Positions 11,922 through 24,479 of a stretch of DNA of 64,000 nt are shown piece by piece. The notes below the pieces were generated by a model. That model ran no database searches. It saw only the letters and a list, made by a program, of their open reading frames with translations, and was not told the DNA's origin. Source of the stretch: Octopus bimaculoides (lineage: Eukaryota); contig NC_068995.1 in the NCBI RefSeq assembly GCF_001194135.2, positions 13,377,174-13,441,173 of the forward strand, written 5' to 3'. Both the position numbers and the translations under genes were made by a program. Each line of letters starts with the position of its first letter. Position 1 is the first letter of the stretch.

Positions 11922-12308
11922 AGGTGCAGGAGTGGCTGCGTGGTAAGTAGCTTGCTTACCAACCACATGGTTCCAGGTTCAGTCCCACTGTGTGGCATCT
12001 TGGGCAAGTGTCTTCTAGTATAGCCTCGGGCCGACCAAAGCCCTGTGAGTGGATTTGGTAGACAGAAACTGAAAGAAGCCTGTCATATATATGTATATAT
12101 ATATATGTGTTTGTCCCCCTAGCATTGCTTGACAACCAATGCTGGTGTGTTTATGTCCCCCGTCACTTAGCGGTTCGGCAGAAGAGACCAATAGAATAAG
12201 TACTATGCTTACAAAGAATAAGTCCCGGAGTCGATTTGCTCGACTAAAGGCGGTGCTCCAGCATGGTCGCAGTCAAATGATTGAAACAAGTAAAAGAGTA
12301 AAAGAGTA
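11922..12308 (+). mobile_element. SINE family B, full length
   Basis: Head aggtgcaggagtggctgcgtgg through tail aaaagagtaaaagagta. Confidence 0.9.
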
Positions 12309-12944
12309 CAATTTTAATTACAATGGAAAAATTAAACAGTACACACTATTTGTTCATATAGGCAATAAACGACAAGGTCTTCTTAGATGTTCATCAGTGA
12401 CAAAGCAGCCAAATTCTGTGGAGAATTTAATAGCTAAGAGCTATACAGTGTTTATGAACTGAAAGTCAGCTAAACAACTCTGTCGTATTTATCTCAGTGC
12501 TTGTACTGATAAGGTGGGTTGATCTATTGATTTATAATGCACTACACAATAAATTAACTGAAAAATATGTATAATCCTAGTTAATACTATTGTGTTAGAT
12601 GAAGAAATTCCTCGTCTTCCCAAAGGACTGTAGAAGCTGTACACAGCTAGTAAACACCAGGGTATACACTGATTTAGTTATATTTGTTACATCTTTTGCC
12701 TATATCAGAAACAGTTTATGAATTCAAAACCCATGAAGGTCAGCTTTGCCTTTCATATTTTCAGGGTCAATAAAATAAAGTGCTGGTCAAGTACAGGGTT
12801 TGAGGTAATCAACTAACCCCTCAAAATTTGCTGACTTGGTGCCTAAATCATCATCATCATTATTATTATTATTATTATTCTTATTATAAACTTCCTCCTC
12901 CTCCGCCTTCCTCTTCATCATCATAGTTCTTTTTTTTTTTTACT

Positions 12945-13181
12945 TTAAACTTTCATTACCATATTTCAGTTGAAATACATTACTTTTATTTCAATTAATT
13001 CTCAAAATAATGAAGAATTTAGTGGCTGTGTGGTAAGTAGCTTGCTTACGAACCACATGGTTCCAGGTTTAGTCCCACTGCGTGGCATCTTGGGCAAGTG
13101 TCTTCTACTATAGCCTCGGGCCGACCAAACCCTTGTGAGTGGATTTGGTAGACGGAAACTGAAAGAAGCCCATCGTATATA

Positions 13182-13235
<54 letters not shown>

Positions 13236-13796
13236 CATGTTTGTGTCTGTGTTTGTCCCCCCCAACATCGCTTGACAACCAATGCTGGTGTGTTTACGTC
13301 CCCGTAACCTAGCGGTTCGGCAAAAGAGCCCGATAGAATAAGTACTAGGCTTACAAAGAATAAGTCCTGGGATCGATGTGCTTGACTAAAGGCGGTGCTC
13401 CAGCATGGCCACAGTCAAATGACTGAAACAAATAAAAGAGTTATTAACCTTTTAGCATTCAGATTACTCTGTCAGAGTTAATACTTATTAATTTGCATCG
13501 TTTTGAATTAATTATGCATTATCTTGTAACTTTGAGATTTCAATGATGTGATTGTAGATTTTTAGAATTACATTGTAGGAAAGGTGTAAGAGGCCACATT
13601 TTGACAGTTTAAACATACAACGGGTAGAATGTTTGGGCTGGATTTTGCCAGTTTAAAATGCTAAAGGATTAAGCTGGTGTTTAGAAACATAGATTCACAT
13701 AGATTTTCATTGAAGGTTTTAATTTAAATCACTTTGAAACAAGAAGTTTGTACCATAGAGTTAAATCTCAGGTGTGATGGTATCAAAAGGACTGAA
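12945..13796. mobile_element. piggyBac-type MITE 'E' interrupted by SINE B (13021-13441) and MITE 'F' (13444-13672)
   Basis: Flanks align with the uninterrupted MITE E at 15398-15628. MITE F has TTAA ends and TIR TTAACCTTTTAGCATT/AATGCTAAAGGATTAA. Confidence 0.75.
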
Positions 13797-13956
13797 GTCT
13801 GTTTTTCTCCATGCTAACATGGAGGGGTCAACAATAAAGCCTGTGTCAGTCTTGTGTCATTTTGTCAGGCTGGCCCAACACCCTGAGATGTAACTTCAGC
13901 CCTTTTTCCTAGATTTTTCTTGGTCTTTCTTTATCATAGCTATTATTGTTTATAGC

Positions 13957-14342
13957 GGAGGCGCAATGGCCCAGTGGTTAGGGCAACGGACTCGCGGTCA
14001 TAGGATTGCGGTTTCGATTCCCGGACCGGGCGTTGTGAGTGTTTATTGAGCGAAAACACCTAAAGCTCCACCAGGCTCTGGCAGGGGATGGTGGCGAACC
14101 CTGCTGTACTCTTTCATCACAACTTTCTCTCACTCTTTCTTCCTGTTTCTGTTGTACCTGTATTTCAAAGGGCCAGCCTTGTCACACTGTGTCATGCTGA
14201 ATATCCCCGAGAACTACGTTAAGGGTACACGTGTCTGTGGAGTGCTCAGCCACTTTCACGTTAATTTCACGAGCGGGCTGTTCTATTGATCGGATCAACT
14301 GGAACCCTCGACGTCGTAAGCAACGGAGTGCCAACAACAACA
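13957..14342 (+). mobile_element. SINE family A, full length
   Basis: 13-bp TSD TATTGTTTATAGC at 13944-13956 and 14343-14355. Confidence 0.9.
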
Positions 14343-15116
14343 TATTGTTTATAGCACATTTTTTTACCCTATGCTCTTTGTCATTTAACAATGTAGTCAG
14401 CTCTTCTACACACATCAGTTGACGCTTATAAAGCACAGTTGCTTTCATATTTTCTTTGTGATGCAAAATAAAGAAAAAAGAGAATTAAGCAATTTGGAGA
14501 AAATTTAGTGGGTTTTTGTATGTGTGTGTGTGTGTGTGTGTGTGAGTGAGAGAGAGAGAGACACAGACAGACAGAGACAGACAGACAGAGAGAAATCTGA
14601 ATTTGATAGTTTTCTTGACACTTCATGGTAAGCATCTGATAGATTATATCTCAGTCTCACATTTACATAAAATCTCCCATTTCACAGTTTTGTATCTTTC
14701 TCATTTCCAATTATGTCTTTTTCTTGTTGATGATAATAGTCACTTGTTTCAGATCTATCCTAGGCAAACTAAACCACTTATGTATAGTCACAACTATTTA
14801 CATAACCAACATCATAAAGTACAAAACCCCTTCTCCTATGTTTACCAAAAAAACTGACAGAAGTGATAAGCCAAGTCTAATTGACCTCTTTGTAGTAAAG
14901 ATGGCACTGCAAACTGAACAGTTTATCATTATTAACATCAGAATCAGAATCAACTTCATCTGAGCATCTGTTCTTTATCAACATCTCACTCTTGTTTCAT
15001 GTTGTTTGCTAAGCTCAATTTTCACTTTGAAATTTATTCCACTTAGCTTCAACAGATATTGCCAATTCTCAGTGTTATTTCCACACCTCATGTTCTCTTT
15101 ATCTGCACGTATCAGC

Positions 15117-15346
15117 TTAACTCTTTCGCTACTGTATTTATTTTGAGAAGCTCTCTGTATTTCTTTCAATTACTTTAAATATAACAAAGAATTTAGTAAA
15201 ATAACTTAGTCATCGTTCAGCTAGTGTTAGGAACATAAATTGTGACTAAGGTTTGGTGGAAGATTATAATTCAAAACTTAGGAAAACAAGACATTTGTAC
15301 TCAGAGCCAGAGCCAGTTTCAGCCAGGTTGATAACAAAAGGGTTAA
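15117..15346. mobile_element. piggyBac-type MITE (E subfamily)
   Basis: TTAA-CTCTTTCG ... CAAAAGGG-TTAA; near-identical copy at 46683-46911. Confidence 0.75.
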
Positions 15347-15397
15347 TACCTCAGACACCAACAACGGAGTGGCTACATGATTAGAGCTGAATATTCC

Positions 15398-15628
15398 TTA
15401 ACTGTTTTGTTGTCATATTTCTTTTGGAATACTCTTTCATTTCTGTTAATTTTGAAAATAATGAAGAATTTGATTAAATAATTTTGCCTTAATTAAGCTG
15501 GTGTTTGAAAACATAAATGAACATGAGATTTTAAATAGGAAGAAGTTTAAATTTGGGTCTCTTCAAACAGGAAGTGTATATTGAAGAACCAGGGTTGGTC
15601 TCTGGCAGATTGATATTAAAAGGTTTAA
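15398..15628. mobile_element. piggyBac-type MITE E
   Basis: TTAA at both ends; internal gaagaattt...ttaagctggtgtttg shared with 12945-13796, 27349-27517 and 58099-58325. Confidence 0.7.
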
Positions 15629-16045
15629 ATCAAAACAAAACATTGTGAAAAAACAAACAAACAAATAAACAAAAAGCCAGACACCTTGAATAATGTACTT
15701 CTAAATACATTCTGCTTGAACAAAGACAGGATGGTCAAGGCTCAAATCCCTTTCGTATCAGGTTAAACAACAGCAATAACATATATGAATGAAATGGCTT
15801 TTACTTTATAACAAGGGAGTGTGTGTATGTGTTGTTGAGCCAGGTAACCAGCTTTAGGATCAGTGAGTCATAATCTATCCTATTTCAGTTGTGTTGCAGT
15901 ATGTCTTTAAGATGTTTAACTCCCAAATTTCTCAATCCACCTAGCTGTAAATAGGTACAGCAGGATAGGAACAGCTTACGGTGTTGAGTTCAATTCAGCT
16001 TCTATAAATAAAGTACCAGTCAAGTACCAAGTTTGATTCCCCCCC

Positions 16046-16136
16046 TTCTCTCTCTCTCTCTCTCTCTCTCTCAAACTCTCTCTCTCTCGCTCTCTCTCAA
16101 ACTCTCTCTATATCTCTCTCTCTCTCTCTCTCTTTT

Positions 16137-16219
<83 letters not shown>
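16046..16219. repeat. (CT)n microsatellite
   Basis: About 170 bp of interrupted CT repeat. Confidence 0.95.
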
Positions 16220-16221
<2 letters not shown>

Positions 16222-16946
16222 AGAAATCAGCTGTGTTCAAACTTGAAGAGGGTTGAGCTTGGCCAAGTTTAAAATATCATGGCACACTTATGTCCTAATG
16301 ACACTCGTATGATTTCATCTGGACTTGAGAGCTACACCTGTAATCACACATTACTCCCCATGCCTCAGCTGTTACCACCATTACAACACTTACCACCATG
16401 CCATCACTATTCTCAATGTTATCACCATAATTACTCATATTCTGCTGTTGCTACCTCGGTATCACTCATATTGCCAACAGTTGTTAATGTTTCCTTTGGA
16501 CCAGGTAGTCTATTGTTCCCTTGAGCCAGGTATATCATTTCATGTTGCTCCTATCTACCTAGCAGAAAATGAATACAAGCTGATTGCTGGTGCAGCCCCT
16601 TGCCTTCCTGCTGTCTCATTAATGATATTTTGCCGGCTCAGGAGCAAGTGGGATGATCCCACATCAAGTCTGCCTATCACTTGACACTGTACAGTTGTCT
16701 CTGCTACCAAGGAAGTGTTGACTGCTATTTCTAATAGGTCAGGTGCCCATATAGAGGCTACAAGCAGAAATAAGCACTGAACACCCTTGTGCTGGTGCAA
16801 TGTAAAAAGCATCCAGTACACTCTGTGAAGTGGTTGGCTCTAAAATGAGCATCCAGCTGAAGAACCCTTTCCAAAGCAGACATAGAGCTTGGCACAGTCC
16901 TTTGGCTTGTCAGCTCCCATCAAACCGTTTCACCCATGCTAATATG

Positions 16947-17205
16947 TGGAGGTGCATGGCTTAGTGGTTAGAGTGTTGCACTCACGATCATAAGATTGCG
17001 GTTTCAATTCCTGGACCGGGCAACATGTATTCTTGAACAAAACACTTCATTTCACATTGCTCCACTCCACTCACCTGGCAAAAATGAGTAATCCTGTGAT
17101 GAGCTGGTGTCTCATCCAGGTGGAGAATTCATACGCCATGGAAACTGGAAAACCAGCTCTTATGAGTCAGCATGATTCAAGAAGATAACATTACCTTTTA
17201 ATTTT
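16947..17205 (+). mobile_element. ~260-bp tRNA-derived SINE with CORE-like body (probably OR2-like)
   Basis: Shares the family A head (ggaggtgcatggcttagtggttag...gtttcaattcc) but has a different body (ttcttgaacaaaacacttcatttcac...); 15-bp TSD with 2 mismatches at 16932-16946 and 17206-17220. Confidence 0.7.
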
Positions 17206-17219
17206 ACCCATGCTAGCAT

Positions 17220-17600
17220 GTTGGCACTCCGTCGCTTACGACGTTGAGGGTTCCAGTTGATCCGATTAACGGAATAGCCTGCTCGTGAAATTAACGTGCA
17301 AGTGGCTGAGCACTCCACAGACACGTGTACCCTTAAGGTAGTTCTCGGGGATATTCGGCGTGACACAAAGTGTGACAAGGCTGACCCTTTGAAATACAGG
17401 TACAACAGAAACAGGAAGTAAGAGTGAGAGAAAGTTGTGGTGAGAGAGTACAGCAGGGTTCGCCACCATCCCCTGCCGGAGCCTCACGGAGCTTTAGGTG
17501 TTTTTGCTCAATAAACACCCACAACGCCCGGTCTGGGAATCGAAACCGCGATCCTATGACCACGAGTCGGCTTCCCTAACCACTGGGCCATTGCACCTCC
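17220..17600 (-). mobile_element. SINE family A, full length
   Basis: 14-bp TSD ACCCATGCTAGCAT at 17206-17219 and 17601-17614. Confidence 0.9.
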
Positions 17601-18500
17601 ACCCATGCTAGCATAAAAAGCAAGCATTAAATGATGATGCTGGTACATGGCACTAAGTAATATCCACTTGCAAGTGATGGCTATACTAATATTGCTCTAT
17701 CCTTGTTGTTCTTATATAACTCCTATTATCATTTCACTATCATCATTTACCAGTTATTATCCTTATGTCATTACCATTACCATTAACGCCTCTCCTACCA
17801 TCATCTGCAGCTGGCCTCTTGTTTAGAGATGTTTGTTTCATTAAGCCGGTACCAAATTTTGAGATGCACTTTGTGTCTGGACTGGAATTAATCTCCTTTC
17901 TACATGTACACTAAATCACACACACACACACACTTTCTATTTATCTCTATCTCTCACCCTCTCTTTCTCTCCTCCCCCCACTTCTTACTCATACATACAA
18001 CACAAACACACACGCACATATACACATACATATGCTCTTATTATTGAAGTTTCAATCATCTTATTTTGTGTATTGACCAAAGATTAGCAAGATTATCTCA
18101 TTAGCTTTGACCTTTCCCTCTTTGAATTATCTGCTCCAATTGTAAAGGATTGGAATTAAGCCATCACTATAATTATTAATTGTTATTAGTGGCTCGGTTT
18201 ACCTAACTGTCTATCCATCCATCTAAGCTAATGTCATCATAATTATGATTACCTGCTCCAATTAATAATTAATATGGTATTACAGTAACTTATTGTGTTG
18301 TTTTGCTTTGAAGTAGTTAGCCCTTGATGAATCAAATGAGATAAACTATATATAAAACCCAAGACCAACTTTGCTTTGCAACCATGTGGCTTGGGATTTA
18401 GTTTCAATGTGTGTGGCACCATAGGCAAGTGTTTTCAACCTGCCTTATGAGTGAATTTGCAAGATGGGAACTGCGAGGAAACCTGTCACGTACGTGTATA

Positions 18501-18547
<47 letters not shown>

Positions 18548-19571
18548 NNNNNNNNNNNNNNNNNNNNNNNNNNNNNNNNNNNNNNNNNNNNNNNNNNNNN
18601 NNNNNNNNNNNNNNNNNNNNNNNNNNNNNNNNNNNNNNNNNNNNNNNNNNNNNNNNNNNNNNNNNNNNNNNNNNNNNNNNNNNNNNNNNNNNNNNNNNNN
18701 NNNNNNNNNNNNNNNNNNNNNNNNNNNNNNNNNNNNNNNNNNNNNNNNNNNNNNNNNNNNNNNNNNNNNNNNNNNNNNNNNNNNNNNNNNNNNNNNNNNN
18801 NNNNNNNNNNNNNNNNNNNNNNNNNNNNNNNNNNNNNNNNNNNNNNNNNNNNNNNNNNNNNNNNNNNNNNNNNNNNNNNNNNNNNNNNNNNNNNNNNNNN
18901 NNNNNNNNNNNNNNNNNNNNNNNNNNNNNNNNNNNNNNNNNNNNNNNNNNNNNTATATATATATATATATATAATATATAGTGAATCCAAACAAAGAAGA
19001 ACAAACATGAAGAAACAACAATGCAAGGACGTGGTACAATATCTTTCACTTTCAATATCCTTCAACCTCTCAAGCAGCAGTTTGGATGTTGTACCAAGTG
19101 CACCAAGTTACCTATTATTAGTAGTATATATGCAATATGGTTTAAGTCCTGATAATATTATGTTGCCTGGTTAATATGAGTCAGGATGAATAACATTGGG
19201 AAAATACAAAAAACAGGTTAAAGTTGACAGCACTGCAACATTTATTCTGATGTTAAATGAAATACATCAACTGGCATAACAACAAAACGTTTCTCAAAGT
19301 TGAAGATAAATGGTAGAACAAATGCAAAACAGCATCAAAGATTCTGGTTACAAAATCCACCTCCCTAAGGAATTAGCTGGAACAAAGGGTCCATTAAATA
19401 TCTGTTATTGGGATGCTTAGCTAGTCTGTCACATTAAGGGGTGAGCAGTCCGCATAAAGCTAAATGGACTTGACCATCACGTGATGGGCCAAAATGGGTA
19501 TCTAAAAGTAAAGAGGCGCAATGTGGATAGCTAAAAGTAAAGAGTGAGCATGCTTCTGCTACAGTATTATT

Positions 19572-21050
19572 AAGGTGGTGAGTTAACAGAATTATTAACA
19601 TGTTGGACAAAATGTTTAATGGCATTTTTTTCCAGCTCTTTACATTCTGAGTTCAAATGCCACCAAGGTCGGGTTCAATGAAATGAATACCATTTCACCC
19701 CTGGGATCAATATAATTGACTAGCCCCGGTCTCTGAAAATTTGAGGCTTTGTTCATATGGTATTTCTTCTGAGTTCAAATCCTGCTGAGAACTATCATTA
19801 TCATCGAGGTTAGTCAATTGTGAGTCATTACTGTTGGACCAAATGTCTTGTAGCAGTTAGTTATACCACTTTACGTTCTAAATTCAAATCATGCCAAATT
19901 CATCTTTGCTTTTCATCCATCTGAGGTTGATAAAATAAAGCACCAGTGAAGTTGATCCAACCAATGGCACTTCCTAAATGTCTGGCCTTCTGCCTATGCA
20001 AAGAAATTAGGATGTTGGATTAGAATCAATAATTTATCAGATAAAATGCCTTGTGAGATTTTTTTTTTTTTTTTTTGGCTCTATATATTCTGAGATCAAA
20101 TCCGGCTTAAGTCAACTTCAATTTCCATTCCTCCACATTTGATAAAATAAAATATTAGTCAAGTTCTAAGGTCATTGGCATCATCTAACCTCTTTCCCCT
20201 CAAAATTCCTGGCCTTATACCTAAATAAGAAATTCATGTTATTATTTGCACCTGTGTTTCATTAATATCGAGTTCTTTGAATTTGCTTGTGTTACAGTAA
20301 CATTAAATTTTATTAATTACCTCTAACTCATTGTTTAAGTTTTTAATTTTTATTAATTACTGCCAACCTGTTGTTTTAAGTCTTTGTTTAATTTCATTTA
20401 GAACCCCACCACCACCATAGAGTAAAAACAAAAGAATAAAAGGAAAAAAAAAAACAACTGCTATTGTAAGCCAAATTATGGAGACATTGCAAGTGAGAGG
20501 TATCAACTGTCTCACCTAATCAAGAAATCACAGCTTGAAGTTTCTTATCACCATTTGAATGTTCACATAATTTTTTCCTGAATAATACGACAGAGAGAAT
20601 TCACAAGCTTTTAATATAGAAGCTTGTGGCTTCAAACTGCTAATAAAAAGTCACAGGGTGCAGTTCTTTCTGTGTGAATAGACTCCTGCTTATATCTTTG
20701 TGAAAGTAATAACGCTCACTAAAAATATCACAAGGATGCATTGTGATGAAGGATGAAGGACATGTCATTATATTCAGGTCATTATAATTAGACATGGTGA
20801 GCTGAAAACAATTTTTTAATCAATTGAAATTCTATTACTGAAAAGAAAAAGGCAACAACCTGGTAGAATAATTATCATGCCAGACAAAATGTTTAGCAGC
20901 AATTCTTTTGGTTTAACAGTCTGAGTTCAAATTCCACTAAGGTTAACTTAGCCTTTCATCCTTTTAGGGCTGATAAAATAAAGTACCAGTTGAATTCTGA
21001 GTATGATATAATCGACCCCCACCCCCAATTTTAGGCTCTGCCTATAACAG
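19572..21050 (+). mobile_element. Cluster of about five decayed SINE D copies
   Basis: Repeated ttctgagttcaaat...tttcatcc...gataaaataaag...ggcctt at ~19572, 19765, 19810, 20020 and 20860. Confidence 0.6.
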
Positions 21051-21974
21051 AAAGAATTATTAAGAAAATTTCTTTCCTCAGCATTAATGAGAATTCTTTC
21101 TCAATCAGTAAATAGAGGAACTCTTAAAATTTTGATTGACTAGAAATTAAATTAACTGAATCAGAGGGTTGAAGAGTGTGTCTGAGTAACCATGATGACA
21201 ACCCTTCCGTATTTGTTCCCTATTAAGCCTAGTTGCCTGGTTCTATCAACACTAATGGTATTAGTCTGGTGCATTCAGCACTGGTGCTTTCAATGCTGGT
21301 GCTATGTGTTGCCCAGTAATGGTACCTGACTGCTTGCCAACTAAACTATATTCTAAGAATACATCCCATCTCCAAACATGCTATTTGCCTGTATAAACAA
21401 GTCTGAATTGACATGCTGTTTCAGAAAGAAGAAAAAAATGTTTGGTATTTATGCTTAGTATACTGGAATACTCAGGTTTATTTTAATCAGAATAAAGTCA
21501 GTGTAACTATGTACCACTCCTCCTCTATCATTTATTGTTGCAAATAATGTATTTGACAAATGATTAACTGGATTGGTTATATTGTATTTCATTTTAAAAT
21601 GTAGTTGGTGTGTGTGGAAGAGAGAAATATCCCCATGCCAGAGATCTAACCCAAGTGTTTGCAACTGGGTTAGACTCTGGAAGACACCCTGGGTGCAAGG
21701 TTGTGTTGTTAAACCAGGTGGCAGATCAAGTCTACCACCCAAGTAAATTGAAGGCAAAATTTGAACTTGAAATGCAAAAAGCTTGGATAAATACTGCATA
21801 ACTTCCTGTTCAGCATTCTTACAGTTCCATGAATCTGCCATTCTGGATGGGTACTTTTTTTAATCAACTCCCCACACTGCAAACGAAAGGATGAAGGACA
21901 AAGTTGATCTCAGCAGGATTTGAACTCAAGCCACAGATGTTAGAACACATGTTGTGACTCATTCTTGCCAATGC

Positions 21975-22369
21975 TTTACTCTTACTTGTTTCAGTCATTT
22001 GACTGCGGCCAGGCTGGAGCACCGCCTTTAGTCGAGCAAATCAACCCCAGGACTTATTCTTTGTAAGCCTAGTACTTATTTTATCGGTCTCTTTTGCTGA
22101 ACCGCTAAGTTACGGGGACGTAAACACACCAGCATCGGTTGTCAAGCGATGTTGGGGGGACAAACACAGACACAAACACACACATATATATGCATATACA
22201 TATATACGACGAGCTTCTTTCAGTTTCCGTCTACCAAATCCACTCACAAGGCTTTGGTCGGCCTGAGGCTATAGTAGAAGACACTTGTCCAAGGTGCCAC
22301 GCAGTGGGACTGAACCCAGAACTATGTGGTTGGTAAGCAAGCTAGTTACCACACAGCCTCTCCTGCGCT
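21975..22369 (-). mobile_element. SINE family B, full length
   Basis: High identity to the other B copies. Confidence 0.9.
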
Positions 22370-23240
22370 TTGGCAACTTTACTAATTCACTTTTGAATAG
22401 CTATAAGAAAGTGCAACCCTTTCCCCACCTGTAAAAACATAACACTGTGTTAATACTTTATAGTGGATCTTTGGATACACTTGTTACATTCCTGCCAAGA
22501 AATTTTGCTAATTATTCTTCAGGTCTCCCTTTAACTTACATAGTTAGCCTATAAGACTAAGACAAGCTGTTGTTATTACGACTATTGTGTTCTTATCTAT
22601 TCACTAATCCACTGGCATGTTTATGTACATAGCAGCAGCTTAGTGGATAAAGACACCGGTCCTGGTTTAGAGATAAAAGTTTCTTGCTTAAATCCAGTCC
22701 ATGTTTAAATCCAGTAGATTATCCAAGAATAAGACACCTAAAGATGATCAGAGATCAAATGGATCAACATGTAGTGCCTGTTTAAATATTGTAAATATGC
22801 ACTCTGAAGTTGAGTTTAATTCTCCCAGAAAAAATACAGTCTTCGAAACAAAATCCTTGTCATTTGTTGCTGTTACAATTTAAAAACTTCAAGAGAACAT
22901 GAAATAATTCTTTACCAGAATGGTGGAACTCAAAGTAGATAAAGCTACAACTAATAAATAAAACATGGATATTGGGTTAAAAATTCCTTTATTTTTTATC
23001 TTTGACTTGCTTCAGTCATTAGACTACGGCCATACTGGGGCACCGCATCAAAGAATTTTAGTCGAATGAATCAACCTCAGTACTTATTTATTTTTCTTTT
23101 AAACCTAGTACTTATTTTATCAATCTCTTTTTGCCAAACCGTTAAGTTATGGGGACATAAATATTAGTTGCTAAGAAGTACATGTTAACACTTGGAAGAT
23201 TTGATCAGAGTGATTAGATATATATATATATATATATATA

Positions 23241-24479
23241 TGTAGTGAAACTACCTCCCGCCATTAGATACAAACTACTATCGCCATTACATACAATCTT
23301 CCTTTAAATATAAACAAACGCGAACGTAGGGGAAAACATTAACCTTGTCATCACGTGACTGATCATTATTCGAATCGGCAACTTCTTCGAACCGTTTCCG
23401 CCAGAACGCAAACTGACCAATCACGGCCCCTAATAAGGTCACGTGATAGAGTATATTTCTACCATCTGGTGAGCCAATAGTTTGTTATAAATAGCTTTAA
23501 CTCGGCGGCCAAATTGGTCTCGGTCCAGTTTCTCTTTGAGAACTGTTCCGTGTACCACACGACAGCAGCAGCAGTTCCAGCGACCACTTCAACAGCTTCG
23601 TCCAGCCAACGATGACCACCGCCGTCACCACATCAGCAACAAGAGTNNNNNNNNNNACAAACTACTATCGCCATTACATACAATCTTCCTTTAAATATAA
23701 ACAAACGCGAACGTAGGGGAAAACATTAACCTTGTCATCACGTGACTGATCATTATTCGAATCGGCAACTTCTTCGAACCGTTTCCGCCAGAACGCAAAC
23801 TGACCAATCACGGCCCCTAATAAGGTCACGTGATAGAGTATATTTCTACCATCTGGTGAGCCAATAGTTTGTTATAAATAGCTTTAACTCGGCGGCCAAA
23901 TTGGTCTCGGTCCAGTTTCTCTTTGAGAACTGTTCCGTGTACCACACGACAGCAGCAGCAGTTCCAGCGACCACTTCAACAGCTTCGTCCAGCCAACGAT
24001 GACCACCGCCGTCACCACATCAGCAACAAGAGTCTACGACTACTATCCAGCATCATCGTCATGACCAACACGATTCTACGATTACTACTACCGAGCATCA
24101 ATCTCCACCAGCGGCAACATGACTTACTATGTACACCACACAAAACTACCGCGGCACATCTCTCTCTTCGATTCTGTTAGGTGACTCAGCTTCACCACGG
24201 TAAATAAACAGACAAGAGTTCTTAAACAGACAAGAAATTCTCAGCCAGCGACGAACATCTGTATAACAAGAAACACGGCCCGGCATCGATGCCACATCAC
24301 AACTAGTGATCAGCTCTGCCACACTCAGCCAACTCACTTTCACATACAGAACTTTTCCTATAGTGTACTAAAGATCTGGTATAATTGCTCACGTGTCATT
24401 TACTGACTCTCTTTCTATTTGCTGTAATAATTCACATACACACACATGTATCACTCACATACACACTTTTCTTTGTACG
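23241..24479 (+). mobile_element. LTR-like element (TG start, Pol II promoter motifs), right end in gap
   Basis: Begins TGTAGTG right after (TA)n. CpG-rich; two CACGTG, two CCAAT, TATAAATA, and AATAAA at 24203-24208. No internal gag/pol and no second LTR visible. Confidence 0.55.

Noticed and set aside
13957-14035. tRNA gene-like sequences
   Set aside because: These are SINE heads: A/B boxes are present but they run into SINE bodies and lack a proper acceptor stem. No true tRNA or rRNA gene was found.
14720-15115. Possible decayed coding fragment on the - strand
   Set aside because: Stops in all frames and no family could be assigned.
23270-24033. Apparent 377-bp tandem duplication in the LTR-like element
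   Set aside because: Identical copies flank a 10-N placeholder gap, the signature of unmerged overlapping contig ends.
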